Source of the DNA: Spirochaetota bacterium | Lineage (GTDB): Bacteria > Spirochaetota > UBA4802 > UBA5550 | Direction: 5' to 3' | DNA: 64,000 nt | NCBI GenBank assembly: GCA_963663865.1 | Contig: OY760686.1 | Span: forward strand, 1,600,001 to 1,664,000 | Part shown: piece after piece, positions 37,174-49,381 of the stretch | How positions within the stretch are numbered: position 1 is the first letter of the stretch | Layout: the number at the start of each line of letters is the position of its first letter | Translations under genes and position numbers: made by a program | The notes under the pieces: model-generated | Told to the model about the DNA's origin: nothing | Database searches by the model: none | Seen by the model: only the letters and a program-made list of their open reading frames with translations

Positions 37174-38055
37174 CTTTATAATCAGGAAAACCGTGCTGCT
37201 GCATGGAAGATGAAGGCCGTGTTTCGCGGCGGTTTTCAGTATCCTTCCGGTGATATTGTCAATCTCGGTTCGTCTGCCGGAGCGGAGGTCCTGAAGCATC
37301 GAACAGAGATTATTTGATGTGGCTTTGCAAACGGAGAGTGTTTTCTGCAGCATATCATCAGGACAGAGCATTATTTTTGCCGCTTCAGCCGCGCTGACTG
37401 ATTCCATTACCAGAGTTTCCATAAGCGGCATCGTGTGCGGATCTTCTGCGAGGAAACCGTTCGGGACATTGAGAATAGCAGCCACCGGGTTGATCGCGGA
37501 GTTTATAACGGCCTTTTCCCACAGGGCCGATTCAGGATTGTCTGATATATTGCTTTCTATACCAGCCTGATTGAGCAGAGAATTGATATTCATAACGGCG
37601 TCTTTATTGCTGCCTCCGACAAGGGTCGGGCCTCTGCCGCCGGCGGTAACTTCTCTCCTGCTTCTTCTGTATGCCCCGCAGGAGGTAACTCCAAATACCG
37701 TTCGTGATTTTCCAAAAACAGAGGAAAGAATCTCGTGGCTGTCCAGGCCGTTTTGCAGTGTGACAACGATGCTGTCGGGGGCTAACGCTCCGCATACTTC
37801 GCGGGCGGCGCTTCCGGTTGAATAGCTTTTTACGAAAAAGAAAATAATTTGGCAGTCCGAGAGGATTTCCGGATTGGTTGAGGCTGACGGTGTGAAGGAC
37901 TGCATTGCTGTCAGGTAATCAATTGTAACTCCCTGCAATATTTCTGCAATGCCTGATTGATTCGGGTTGTAGAATACTACATCGTTACCGGATTCAATAA
38001 ATCGTCCGCCAAAGAGCAGCGACATTGCACCCGTTCCAGCGAATCCGATTTTCAC
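37132..38055 (-). CDS. panE: 2-dehydropantoate 2-reductase
   Basis: Rossmann GTGAM, VKSY, LQNGL, WEKAVIN, SMLQD and TEIDNITG. Confidence 0.92.
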   Translation of the reverse strand: MKIGFAGTGAMSLLFGGRFIESGNDVVFYNPNQSGIAEILQGVTIDYLTAMQSFTPSASTNPEILSDCQIIFFFVKSYSTGSAAREVCGALAPDSIVVTLQNGLDSHEILSSVFGKSRTVFGVTSCGAYRRSRREVTAGGRGPTLVGGSNKDAVMNINSLLNQAGIESNISDNPESALWEKAVINSAINPVAAILNVPNGFLAEDPHTMPLMETLVMESVSAAEAAKIMLCPDDMLQKTLSVCKATSNNLCSMLQDLRSGRRTEIDNITGRILKTAAKHGLHLPCSSTVFLIIKSLQNKSFPDTPKN

Positions 38056-38457
38056 GATGATCCTCCATGTGCGAACCAGCCGATTGATAAGCCGTTTTTA
38101 TATTCCTGAATGACTTCACCCTCCTGATTTAATATCAAGTAATTAATTTCAATATATCAAAGCACAATTCCGGGAAACCTGCGGTATAAGGAGCACAATT
38201 AAGTGTAACAATTTAATTATAGTGTCAAATACGAAAGCTATATACTCTTTGCTGATTTTTAATGCAACTCTTTGAAAAAAAAGATGTCTTAACTAACGAC
38301 ACTTTCATAAAGGGTATGTATTGAACTTGACGTAATGCCAATGTCTCTGTAGGCCTTGACTTGAGATTGGTTAGCCAGTGTCGATAAGCTTTCGAGAAAA
38401 GAAGCCCTGTTTATGGGTATCTGGAAGCTGAAAAATTATTATTATGCCGGTAACAAA

Positions 38458-40245
38458 ATGAATAACAGACACCTTGCAGTAATGATTAGAGAGGTTGCGG
38501 CCCGATTTCCTGAGCGGATCGCCCTTCAGATTAGAAAAGACGGGAAGCTCATATCGACGTCGTATGCCGAGCTGATACAAAGAGTTAACGCGCTTGCTTT
38601 CGCCCTCGCTGGATTGGGGGTTAAGCAGGGAGCCAATGTCGGAATTTTTTCAGCAAACAGGCCTGAATGGGCAATTGCCGATTTTTCCATTCTCACGCTT
38701 AGAGCCGTGACTGTTCCAATATATGGGACTAATACAGGTAAACAGGCTGAGTATATTATCAACGATGCCTCTGTCAGCGTAATTTTTGCAGGAGATCAGG
38801 AACAGTATGACAAGGTTAAGTCGTACATGAATGATTTATCCCCCTTAAAAAAAATAATCGCTATGGACGACTCAATTCAACTGTCCGGTGAAGACTCGTT
38901 CTACATGAGTTCTCTTATAAGTCAGGGAATCGGGGCTGGTTCTGGTGAGGTTGTTGAGTCATTGACGGGAGCTGAAGCCGATGAGCTCTGTTCAATAATC
39001 TATACTTCCGGAACTACGGGTGACCCAAAAGGCGTAATGCTATCTCATAATAATTTCTACCACCAGATTGAATCAATTAACGCCAACTTCAACCTCAGTG
39101 AAAATGACAGGTCTCTGGCTTTTATTCCTTTGAGCCATGTTTATGAGAGGGCATGGTCATACGTTGTTTTTTCAAATGGAGCACAGAACAACTACTGCGA
39201 TGATCTCAAGAAGGTGCTTGAGGCGATGAAGGACGTGAAGCCGACGGCGATGGTGAGCGTTCCAAGGCTCTATGAAAAGATCTACGCGGCGGTGACGGAC
39301 AGGCTTGAAAGAGGAGGCCTTGCGAAGAGGACTATTTTTAAACTTGCTCTGTGGATAGGCAGGCGCTACAATTCCCGCCGGTTTAAAAACAGGTGGATTT
39401 CGCCATTTCTGAGATTCAGGTACTCTATAGCTGACAGCCTCATCCTTTCAAAAATCAGGGATGTGGTTGGCGGTGATAAAAACTTCTTTTCTGCCGGCGG
39501 GGCGCCTCTTTCACGCGATATCGAGGAGTTTTTCTTTTCAGCCGGACTTCTGATCTGTCAGGGATACGGCCTTTCGGAGACATCGCCGGTTCTTGCATGC
39601 AACACACCTTCAGCTTTCCGCTTCGGAACAGTGGGCAAGCCTCTTGACGGTGTAAGCCTCAGGGTGGACAGTGAAACGGGAGAGATACAGGCCAAGGGGC
39701 CCAATGTGATGTCGGGATACTATAAAAGGCCTGATGATACGAAAGAGGCTTTTACAGAGGATGGATGGTTCAGGACGGGTGATGTCGGACTTATTGACAG
39801 TGACGGCTTTGTAAAGATAACTGACCGGATTAAAGATATTATTATCACATCAGGGGGCAAGAATATTGCGCCTCTCAGAATCGAAACCATTGTGGGTGTT
39901 GATCACTATATTGAACAGATTTGCACAATAGGGGATAAGCGTAAGTTCGTAAGCGCACTTGTCGTCCCTAACTTTGCTGCGCTTGAGGAATACGCTGCAG
40001 AGCAGAAAATTGAATTTTCAACCCGCGAAGAGCTTGTAAAAAATGACAGAATCAGGGATTTCTTTAAAAACAGAATTGCGATGAACTCCGGCGATCTCTC
40101 CCAGTATGAAACCATAAAGCGTTTTACATTGCTTCCGAGGGAATTCACACAGGAATCCGGCGAGCTGACCCCCTCGCTCAAAATAAAGCGGCAGGAGATT
40201 ATGAAGAGGTTTGCCGGCATTATTGAAATGATGTACGCAGAGTAG
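38458..40245 (+). CDS. fadD: Long-chain fatty acid-CoA ligase
   Basis: YTSGTTGDPKG, QGYGLSET, GWFRTGD, GGKNIAP and ELTPSLK. The start may be 38413. Confidence 0.9.
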   Translation: MNNRHLAVMIREVAARFPERIALQIRKDGKLISTSYAELIQRVNALAFALAGLGVKQGANVGIFSANRPEWAIADFSILTLRAVTVPIYGTNTGKQAEYIINDASVSVIFAGDQEQYDKVKSYMNDLSPLKKIIAMDDSIQLSGEDSFYMSSLISQGIGAGSGEVVESLTGAEADELCSIIYTSGTTGDPKGVMLSHNNFYHQIESINANFNLSENDRSLAFIPLSHVYERAWSYVVFSNGAQNNYCDDLKKVLEAMKDVKPTAMVSVPRLYEKIYAAVTDRLERGGLAKRTIFKLALWIGRRYNSRRFKNRWISPFLRFRYSIADSLILSKIRDVVGGDKNFFSAGGAPLSRDIEEFFFSAGLLICQGYGLSETSPVLACNTPSAFRFGTVGKPLDGVSLRVDSETGEIQAKGPNVMSGYYKRPDDTKEAFTEDGWFRTGDVGLIDSDGFVKITDRIKDIIITSGGKNIAPLRIETIVGVDHYIEQICTIGDKRKFVSALVVPNFAALEEYAAEQKIEFSTREELVKNDRIRDFFKNRIAMNSGDLSQYETIKRFTLLPREFTQESGELTPSLKIKRQEIMKRFAGIIEMMYAE

Positions 40246-40253
40246 ATAATTGT

Positions 40254-41111
40254 CTATGATGGAAGAGTCCCCGTGTCAAGGTTTTCTCCGGGGATAATCG
40301 CTTCCAGGTCTTTGAGCTCAATGCTGCCGATCTGGTAGCATTGAAGGGCCTTAATCCTCCTTACTGCCTCATCTTCAGCTTTTGTCAACAGCTGGCTGAA
40401 TGAGCAGACGGCAGATGTATCTGAATCGGGTTCCCTGTATTCAAAGGACTGCTCCAGCTTTATGATGCTTTCAGGGTTTTTCACATATCCATAGAAAAGG
40501 CCGAGCTCTGGCTTGCTGACCTTGAACAGCTTAGCGGCAAAGGCAGAGGGCTTGAAGGTGAACAGCCTGTTTAAAAAAAGCATTCTCCTCAGCGCCTTCA
40601 TCGTTGCTGCTTCATCAATGCCGTACAGGCAACTGATTGCCCTGAAAAGGTGATTGCTCCGAGCGGTCGCTTTTAGCTGTGATATTCTGTATGCCGGCTG
40701 AGGAATCTGCATGTCAAGGGCCGTTTCAAGAACCCTGTGTTTCAGCCTCGCGGCTTCCTTTTTTTTCTCATCAACATCATAGTAGTCCCCCGCGAGATAA
40801 TTAATAAGGGGATGCACCGTCATGTCAAGAACGCAGTGAGTTATGTAGCCGGCGCACAGGGCAAGTGCCGCTGTATCGGTTTCATTCGCGAGATAAAGAA
40901 TAATACGGTTTGTAGGGCTTCCGTCATGGCCGTGAAGAATGTCGGATATTCTTCCGGTTTTTGGATCCTGAAAATAAAAGAGAATGTCAGGCCCTATTGC
41001 CCCGAGAATATAGTCTCCGATGTTCTCATTTATGGAATTGAACAGAGCTGAATTGGCCAGCGAAGAGAGTGTGCTGAGTGCGAAGGAAATGTGTGTTTTT
41101 TCTTTTGGCAT
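40254..41111 (-). CDS. Zinc-dependent phospholipase C-like protein
   Basis: MPxxxTH N-terminus, GAIGPD, GYITHCVLD, HPLI and H-x3-E. Confidence 0.75.
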   Translation of the reverse strand: MPKEKTHISFALSTLSSLANSALFNSINENIGDYILGAIGPDILFYFQDPKTGRISDILHGHDGSPTNRIILYLANETDTAALALCAGYITHCVLDMTVHPLINYLAGDYYDVDEKKKEAARLKHRVLETALDMQIPQPAYRISQLKATARSNHLFRAISCLYGIDEAATMKALRRMLFLNRLFTFKPSAFAAKLFKVSKPELGLFYGYVKNPESIIKLEQSFEYREPDSDTSAVCSFSQLLTKAEDEAVRRIKALQCYQIGSIELKDLEAIIPGENLDTGTLPS

Positions 41112-41178
41112 CCTTTTGTTCCTCAGAAGCAATGCCATACCAAAAGCCTTAAAGAGTCAAGTGAAATGAATACTCTGT

Positions 41179-41210
41179 AAAACCGGAGAAGCACGAACTT
41201 CTCCGGTTTT
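41179..41210. terminator. Intrinsic terminator of the esterase-CBM32 gene
   Basis: AAAACCGGAGAAG-CACGAA-CTTCTCCGGTTTT. Confidence 0.8.
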
Positions 41211-41221
41211 TATGCCAGGTT

Positions 41222-42928
41222 TTAGTAAACCTCAAATTCGTAAAGCGAGAAGCCGTACGATGTTGCTCTTGTGATGCCGTACATTCTTACATAGCGTGCC
41301 GTTATCGCTGTGAACGATATTTCATCGGTTCCTCCATTACCGTTTGTGACGTTTGCGACGTCTGTCCAGTTATAGGCGTTGGATGAAGTCTGAATCTTGT
41401 ATGCGTAACCGTAGGCTGCTTCCCATTTAAGAATTACCTTACTAACGCTTACCGCAGAACCAAGATCAACGTAGATGTACTGATTGTTGCTGAATGATGA
41501 GGACCACCTTGTAGTGGTGCTGCCGTCAACAGCAGCTGATGCCGGGTAACTTGAGCTTTCAGTCGACGAAGCAGCAGCTGTTTTACCGAGAGCGAGGTTC
41601 CCGCTAACATCGTCATCATCATCGTCATCGTCGCCTGAAGATGGTCCGTAGACCTCAAACTCGTAGAGCGAGAATCCGTATGATGTGGCACGAGTAATAC
41701 CGTACATTCTTACATAGCGTGCCGTTACAGCTGTGAACGATATTTCATCGGTTCCGCCATTGCCGTTTGTGACGTTTGCGACGTCTGTCCAGTTATAGGC
41801 ATCGGATGATGACTGAATCTTGTATGCGGAACCGTAGGCCGCTTCCCATTTTAGAATTACCTTGCTAACGCTTACCGCAGAACCAAGATCAACGTAGATG
41901 TACTGATTGTTGCTGAATGATGAGGACCACCTTGTAGTGGTGCTGCCGTCAACAGCAGCTGATGCCGGGTAATTAGAGTTTTCAGTCGACGAAGCAGTGG
42001 CTGTTTTACCGAGGGCGAGGTTGCCGGTAACATCGTCATCATCGTCGTCATCGTCATCTCCGTCACCTGGAATGGTGAAATTGTCTGTCGCGAACTGCAG
42101 CGCTTTGGGAAGGCATACTTTCCAGAAGTCCCATGTATGAGATCCGGAACGGGTAATGTACTCATGAGCTACATTGTACTGGTTAAGAGTTGAGTGGAAT
42201 GATGTGTTCATGGAAATAACAACGGAATCCTCTGTGCCGCACTCCATTGTGAAAGGCGGCAGTGAAGCTCTGACCGCGGCGGAGTATCCGCTTATCAACG
42301 AGGATAGACTCGGAGCGCCACCTACGGTAAAAGCACCGCTCATGGCATATCCTGAGCTGTACTGCTCATAGTGTTTAAAAAGATGAAGAGCTGTTCCGTA
42401 ACCGCCCATGGAAAGTCCAGCTATTGCACGAGTTTCCTTTGTTCCGTATGTTCGATAGTTTGAATCAATGTATGGAACAAGCTCCTGTGAAAGGAAGGTT
42501 TCGTAATTCATTCCAGAAGTGTAACCATTGCAGTAGAATGCAGTATAACCGTTAGGCATGACTATGATCATTTCTGCCGCGTTGCCGTTCGATATGGCCG
42601 TGTCGGTAATGGTTTTCATGCTTCCGCTGGTCGCCCACGCCGTATGATCATCGCCATAACCATGAAGCAGGAACATGACGGGATACTTTTTCGTAGTGCT
42701 GCTGCTGTATGAAGGCGGAAGATATATGTTGTACTGCACGCTTCTTCCAAGAACGCTGCTTGAAATGCTTTGAGTTGTTACGGAGCTGCTTCCGGTGACC
42801 GCAAGTGCAGCGTCGTTAAAACCATCAGGATAATTGGATGATACGGCGGCGTCATTGCCGCAGCCTGTAAGAACCGCTGTTATAAACAGAGCGAGAAGGC
42901 CCATAGAGAGAGTTAAGACTTTTTTCAT
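41222..42928 (-). CDS. Lipoprotein: alpha/beta-hydrolase esterase (CE1-like) + two tandem CBM32 (F5/8 type C) domains
   Basis: Lipobox LTGC; YPVMFLLHG, AGLSMGG and HTWDFW; two NLALGKTA...TRWSS...SLYEFEVY modules joined by poly-Asp linkers. Confidence 0.88.
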   Translation of the reverse strand: MKKVLTLSMGLLALFITAVLTGCGNDAAVSSNYPDGFNDAALAVTGSSSVTTQSISSSVLGRSVQYNIYLPPSYSSSTTKKYPVMFLLHGYGDDHTAWATSGSMKTITDTAISNGNAAEMIIVMPNGYTAFYCNGYTSGMNYETFLSQELVPYIDSNYRTYGTKETRAIAGLSMGGYGTALHLFKHYEQYSSGYAMSGAFTVGGAPSLSSLISGYSAAVRASLPPFTMECGTEDSVVISMNTSFHSTLNQYNVAHEYITRSGSHTWDFWKVCLPKALQFATDNFTIPGDGDDDDDDDDDVTGNLALGKTATASSTENSNYPASAAVDGSTTTRWSSSFSNNQYIYVDLGSAVSVSKVILKWEAAYGSAYKIQSSSDAYNWTDVANVTNGNGGTDEISFTAVTARYVRMYGITRATSYGFSLYEFEVYGPSSGDDDDDDDDVSGNLALGKTAAASSTESSSYPASAAVDGSTTTRWSSSFSNNQYIYVDLGSAVSVSKVILKWEAAYGYAYKIQTSSNAYNWTDVANVTNGNGGTDEISFTAITARYVRMYGITRATSYGFSLYEFEVY

Positions 42929-43367
42929 GACATAATACTCCTTTGACCTGTTGATGTGAAATCATTTCCTGAAAGGAAACTTTGGAAAATGTCCCGGGAT
43001 GCATTGATGGTATGAATTAATGAGAAAGAGTCTAATAAGAAGTTGATGTATCAAAAAAAAGTAATTCGTAATTAGTGATATCAAATAAAGACTAAAACTG
43101 TTTTTTTGCAGGAGAACAGGCAGATTTTCCTCGCCGAAGAAATCTAAGATTTTATTGATAATCAGTTTAAGCCTGTCGAAAATGCGAGGTTTTTTCTTGA
43201 CTTAAAGCGATCTTGCTGGATTCAGTTCTATTTGAGTAGCAGCATACGAGCAGATAATATGCTGTAATGAAACTCAAACCGCTTTACATGTAAAAATTGC
43301 TTGAAAAATGCTGAATTTGTAATAGAGAAAGGTAATCCTTTTAAGTAATATAAATGTACAGGAGTAA

Positions 43368-45058
<1,691 letters not shown>

Positions 45059-45084
<26 letters not shown>

Positions 45085-45694
45085 TATGAAAGTCTCCGCT
45101 GAAGATATGGAGGCTGTAAGATTCCAGCTTGATGGACAGCATCCTGCAATCCTCGCGGTGGTGAAAAGGTGTGTTTATGGATTTCCCTCAGTTGTCCTTC
45201 TCGATCCGGTGCCGAAAAAGGTTGATAAGAAGGAAAATAATTTCAAATATACCTCTATAGCAACGCCTTTATGGTTGACATGTCCTCATCTTAATGATAA
45301 AATCCACAAAATAGAGTCTATGGGCTATATAAAAAGGATCACTGATTTTCTGGCAAATGATGCCGAAATGATGCGGTTGATGAAGGAAGCCCATACCGCT
45401 TATGCCTTTTTGAGATTGATGATTTTTAAAGAGTATTTTGAAGATCTTCTGTTTATTGACCGTAACAACAGGGTTTTCAGCAGCGGGATCGGCGGCATTG
45501 CAGACGTGAGGCATTTGAAATGTCTCCACCTTCACTATGCTCATTTCGCAGTTGAGAAGGGCAATGTTATAGGGCGGTTTGTTGCTATCCTTGTTGGAGA
45601 TGATGATCACTGTAAAGGGGTGAGATGTTCAGATGCAGGCGGGGGTAAAAGAGATATTGCCGATCAAGAGGATTCGGAAGGACGGATCACTTGA
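45059..45694 (+). CDS. DUF501 family protein
   Basis: RCVYGFP, WLTCPHL, GIGG and KCLHLHYAH; eno-ftsB-DUF501 synteny. Confidence 0.85.
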
Positions 45695-46268
45695 CTCGGA
45701 AACGGTGTTAAGAATTGCTTCGATTCTGAGGGGCGGAAATCTTGTTGCAATGCCGGTTGATTCAGTTTTCGGGCTTATATGTATATGCTGCTCTGAAACT
45801 GAACGCCTCATGGATAGCCTCTTTGCAGAGAGAGACGAGGATGTCGTAAGGATGGTGTCCTCTTACAGGATGTTGTACGATATTGCTGAGATTGACAAGG
45901 CTGAGTATGACTTTCTCAGAAGGGTGTGGCCCGGCGAGGTGATCGTCAGGCTAAGGAAAAAGAACAATCCCGGTTCAGGTTCAACCATTCCAGTGCGTTT
46001 CCCCCGGAACAAGTTCGTTCAGGACATTATTGCTGAAACAGAAAGGCCTCTCCTGTTTGGGTCGACATTGAAGTTCAGGAAAAAAAGGCCTTTTAAGAGG
46101 ACGGATGTTTTTGATAAGTATCATAAAGCCGATCTTATAGTGTGCATTGAGGAATTTTTAAAAAAGCACCCATTCCCTACCGTCGTTGACGTTTCCGGAG
46201 GGGACCTTGATATTCTCTCTGAGGGGAGGATATCGGCCGAAGAAATCAAATCGCTATATTTCCTCTGA
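45633..46268 (+). CDS. Divergent Sua5/YrdC (TsaC-like) family protein
   Basis: LRGGNLVAMPVDSVFGL, WPG, VRFP, PTVVD and EGRI; catalytic motifs altered. Confidence 0.7.
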   Translation: MQAGVKEILPIKRIRKDGSLDSETVLRIASILRGGNLVAMPVDSVFGLICICCSETERLMDSLFAERDEDVVRMVSSYRMLYDIAEIDKAEYDFLRRVWPGEVIVRLRKKNNPGSGSTIPVRFPRNKFVQDIIAETERPLLFGSTLKFRKKRPFKRTDVFDKYHKADLIVCIEEFLKKHPFPTVVDVSGGDLDILSEGRISAEEIKSLYFL

Positions 46269-46383
46269 TTATTATCCCCATGGATTTTTCTCTTTGATTT
46301 TAAACCGCTCCTTTTTAAAATGAACCGCATGAACTGGTTGCAGTTTTGCTTGCTATTATTTATCATCCGGATGTAATGCTCAT

Positions 46384-48039
46384 ATGTTGATATCACTGAC
46401 AAAAGTACTGTTCAGGGGTGTCCTGCTGACCGCAGTAACCCTTTCTCCGATATCAGGACGGGAGCCTGTTGAGAAAAACATTCTTCATTCAATTCACTTT
46501 GATATCTACTATCCTCAGGGATTTGAAAGGATGGCGGCCGTTGCTGCCGAAGAGCTTGAGGCTGCCTATGAAGAGGCGGCAGGGTACGCGGGTTTACAGA
46601 TCAGCCGCCCTGTCAGGGTAGTGTTTAGTACACAGCTGACAACCGGCACAGACTGGATGAGAAGCGGCAGCCATAGACTCAAATTTGCTCTGATGAGCCC
46701 CGGGAGCAGGTTTACTGTTGCCGCGCGAGAGGCTCTGCTGAGCCAGGTTCTTATGGAGGCAGAATCCTTCGGAACAGGTTTTTTAGGCTTTTTGCCGGAT
46801 ATTGGCGAAGCGGACAGACTTGTGACACGCGGTGCGCAAATGTATTTCTCTGGTGACTATGCCACTCATGGAGCTGCTTTCGCCTCTGTCGCTTTCAAGG
46901 GGACTAAGACCGGTGATATGATAACCGCTCTCCTGAGAGGAGACGACATTAACAGCCATCAGGATGTGAGCCTTGCCGCTTCATTTTTTTACTTTTTGGA
47001 TAAAGAGTATCCACTTCTTTCCATATCAAGGCTTTTCCATGCAGCGGCATCGGGTCGCGGCTTTTTAGCCGCCGCAGAGATGCTGACAGGCAACAGCAGC
47101 GCGGAGCTTTCAAAACGGTGGTCTGCGTTCATGGAGAAAGAGTATTGTTCGCCTGAGAATGCGGACTTAATCGGAAACAGCATGATTGTCCCCGGGGCAG
47201 CGCCGGGGGAGCTTCCAGTATTATCCCCGGATAAAAATAAGGCCGCCATTTGCCGTATGCGATCAGTTATACTCTTTGATTCCTTCGGTGTTCAGGCTGT
47301 GGGCCTGTCCGTGCCGATCAGCTGTATCTTCGAGAAGCGATCCAGACCGGCATGGAGCTCTGACGGGAGGCTGTTTGCTTTGTCTGCTCAATCGGAGGGC
47401 AGGGCGTGCCTCGCGGTTATCGATAGCGTAAAGGCTGAGGTAAGCCGTTTGATAAAGCTGCCTCTGCTCGCTGTAAGTTCGGTTTCCTTTGCTCCCGGCG
47501 GCAAAAGTATAGCTTTCGCGGGTCATGGTCCCGGCAATGTCAATATATTCACTTGTGATATTGACGGGGGCTCTGCAAGGATGCTTACTTCCGGCAATTA
47601 TGCGTGCACCTCTCCAGTCTTTACTCCTGACGGCGACATTATCTATATATCGCGAAAGGACCGCGGCTCGCCGGAAGTTCTGATGCGTCTCCGCATGAAA
47701 ACCGGGCAGAGCGAAGAGCTTTTTAGTGTTTCAGGGGCAAATGATCTGGCTGTAAGCCCTGACGGAACTCTGCTTGCTGTGAGTATATCAGGTGCTGACG
47801 GAGACGGTCTCATGCTGATAAATCCTGATTCAGGGTATTTCGCTTCGGTGAGGCTGCCGGCACTGTGTGTTAAAACCCTGACCGGGCTTTTTGATGAGGA
47901 ATTCGCTGTCGCATATGTCGAAGGGCGGCACTGGTCAGTAAGGTTGGTATCAATCCCTGAATTAAATATGAAATATGTATCTCCCATGGTAAACGACGCG
48001 GCGGATAAGGCTTCCGATCTGCAGATATACTTCGAATGA
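46384..48039 (+). CDS. Secreted protein with TolB/PD40-like beta-propeller
   Basis: PAWSSDG, SFAPGGK, PVFTPDG and VSPDG repeats; N-terminal HFDIYYP region. Confidence 0.7.
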   Translation: MLISLTKVLFRGVLLTAVTLSPISGREPVEKNILHSIHFDIYYPQGFERMAAVAAEELEAAYEEAAGYAGLQISRPVRVVFSTQLTTGTDWMRSGSHRLKFALMSPGSRFTVAAREALLSQVLMEAESFGTGFLGFLPDIGEADRLVTRGAQMYFSGDYATHGAAFASVAFKGTKTGDMITALLRGDDINSHQDVSLAASFFYFLDKEYPLLSISRLFHAAASGRGFLAAAEMLTGNSSAELSKRWSAFMEKEYCSPENADLIGNSMIVPGAAPGELPVLSPDKNKAAICRMRSVILFDSFGVQAVGLSVPISCIFEKRSRPAWSSDGRLFALSAQSEGRACLAVIDSVKAEVSRLIKLPLLAVSSVSFAPGGKSIAFAGHGPGNVNIFTCDIDGGSARMLTSGNYACTSPVFTPDGDIIYISRKDRGSPEVLMRLRMKTGQSEELFSVSGANDLAVSPDGTLLAVSISGADGDGLMLINPDSGYFASVRLPALCVKTLTGLFDEEFAVAYVEGRHWSVRLVSIPELNMKYVSPMVNDAADKASDLQIYFE

Positions 48040-48188
48040 TTCGCTGATTTACGGCTTCTGCGGATGCGTGATTTATTTTAGCATGATTTGGGCCGATACT
48101 GTATAGATCGAATAAAAATATGCTTGAAAATTGGTATGCCGGTTAAGGATATAGTTCCATGAAGCCGCCGTACAGCAGGAAGGTCGCG

Positions 48189-48779
48189 ATGAATAAATCC
48201 GAGATTAAAAGAACCACAAAAGAGACTGATATCAGCGCTTCTTTGGAGCTTAATTCGCTTGAGCGGGCTGAGGTTGATACAGGGGTTCCCTTTTTTGACC
48301 ACATGCTGATGTCCATGGCAAGGCATGGCAGATTCTGTCTGAAGATCAAGTGTTCGGGCGACTACGAGGTTGACGACCACCACACTGTAGAAGACGCCGG
48401 AATTTGCATAGGCCGTGTTCTCAAGGAAAGCCTTGGCGACAAGGCAGGAATACACAGATTTGGTGAAGCCCTTATCCCTATGGATGACGCCCTTGTGATG
48501 GCTGCTGTCGATCTGTCCGGACGATACTTTCTGGATATTTCGGGCGCGGACTTTAGCGGATATGTCGGCCGCTACAGTGAGGAGCTGACGCTGGAGTTTT
48601 TTCGCTCCCTTGCCGTTAACGCCGGGATTAATCTGCACATCAGGGTCCTCGCGGGAGCGAACAGACACCATATACACGAAGCAATATTCAAGGCGGCAGG
48701 GATAGCAATTTACAGGGCAGCCAGGCCGGATGATTTTCTTAACGGGCAGGTCCTCTCAACGAAGGGAACTATTGAATGA
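48189..48779 (+). CDS. hisB: Imidazoleglycerol-phosphate dehydratase
   Basis: RTTKETDI, FFDHML, DDHHTVED, PMDDAL, NRHHIHEAIFKA and STKG. Confidence 0.96.
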   Translation: MNKSEIKRTTKETDISASLELNSLERAEVDTGVPFFDHMLMSMARHGRFCLKIKCSGDYEVDDHHTVEDAGICIGRVLKESLGDKAGIHRFGEALIPMDDALVMAAVDLSGRYFLDISGADFSGYVGRYSEELTLEFFRSLAVNAGINLHIRVLAGANRHHIHEAIFKAAGIAIYRAARPDDFLNGQVLSTKGTIE

Positions 48780-49381
48780 TTACAGTTATTGATTACGGGA
48801 TGGGCAATCTCCGTTCGGTTGTAAAAGCCGTCGAACTCTACACTGACAATGTGCAGGTCTCCGGATGTCCGTCACAGATAGAGCGCTCAAAGGCATTGAT
48901 TATGCCCGGTGACGGCGCTTTCGCGATGGCAATGAAAAACCTTAAGGAAATGGGGTGGATAGAGCCTCTTAAAGAGTTCGTTGCTTCGGGCGGTAATTTC
49001 CTTGGAATCTGCCTCGGATTTCAGCTGCTGTTTGAGTCGAGTGAGGAATTCGGAGACTGTGAGGGCCTTGGTATTATTCCAGGCAGGGTTAAAAGGTTTG
49101 CCGAGTCGGGGCTCAAGGTGCCGCATATGGGCTGGAATACGGTAAATTTCGCAAACAGCTCGCCTTTTCTTGATGGTGTGCCGGACAACAGCCATTTCTA
49201 CTTTATCCACTCCTTCCATCCTGTGGATGTTCCGCGTGAATGGGTTGTCGGAGAGGCGGAGTACGGGACGAAGTTTACATGCGTCGCGGGCAAGGGCAAT
49301 CTGCTGGCAACTCAGTTTCATCCTGAGAAAAGCCATTCAACCGGACTCAGAATTATTGAAAATTTTGTGAGGAAATCTTGA
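48776..49381 (+). CDS. hisH: Imidazole glycerol phosphate synthase glutaminase subunit
   Basis: DYGMGNL, GICLG, PHMGWN and QFHPEKS. Confidence 0.96.
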   Translation: MITVIDYGMGNLRSVVKAVELYTDNVQVSGCPSQIERSKALIMPGDGAFAMAMKNLKEMGWIEPLKEFVASGGNFLGICLGFQLLFESSEEFGDCEGLGIIPGRVKRFAESGLKVPHMGWNTVNFANSSPFLDGVPDNSHFYFIHSFHPVDVPREWVVGEAEYGTKFTCVAGKGNLLATQFHPEKSHSTGLRIIENFVRKS

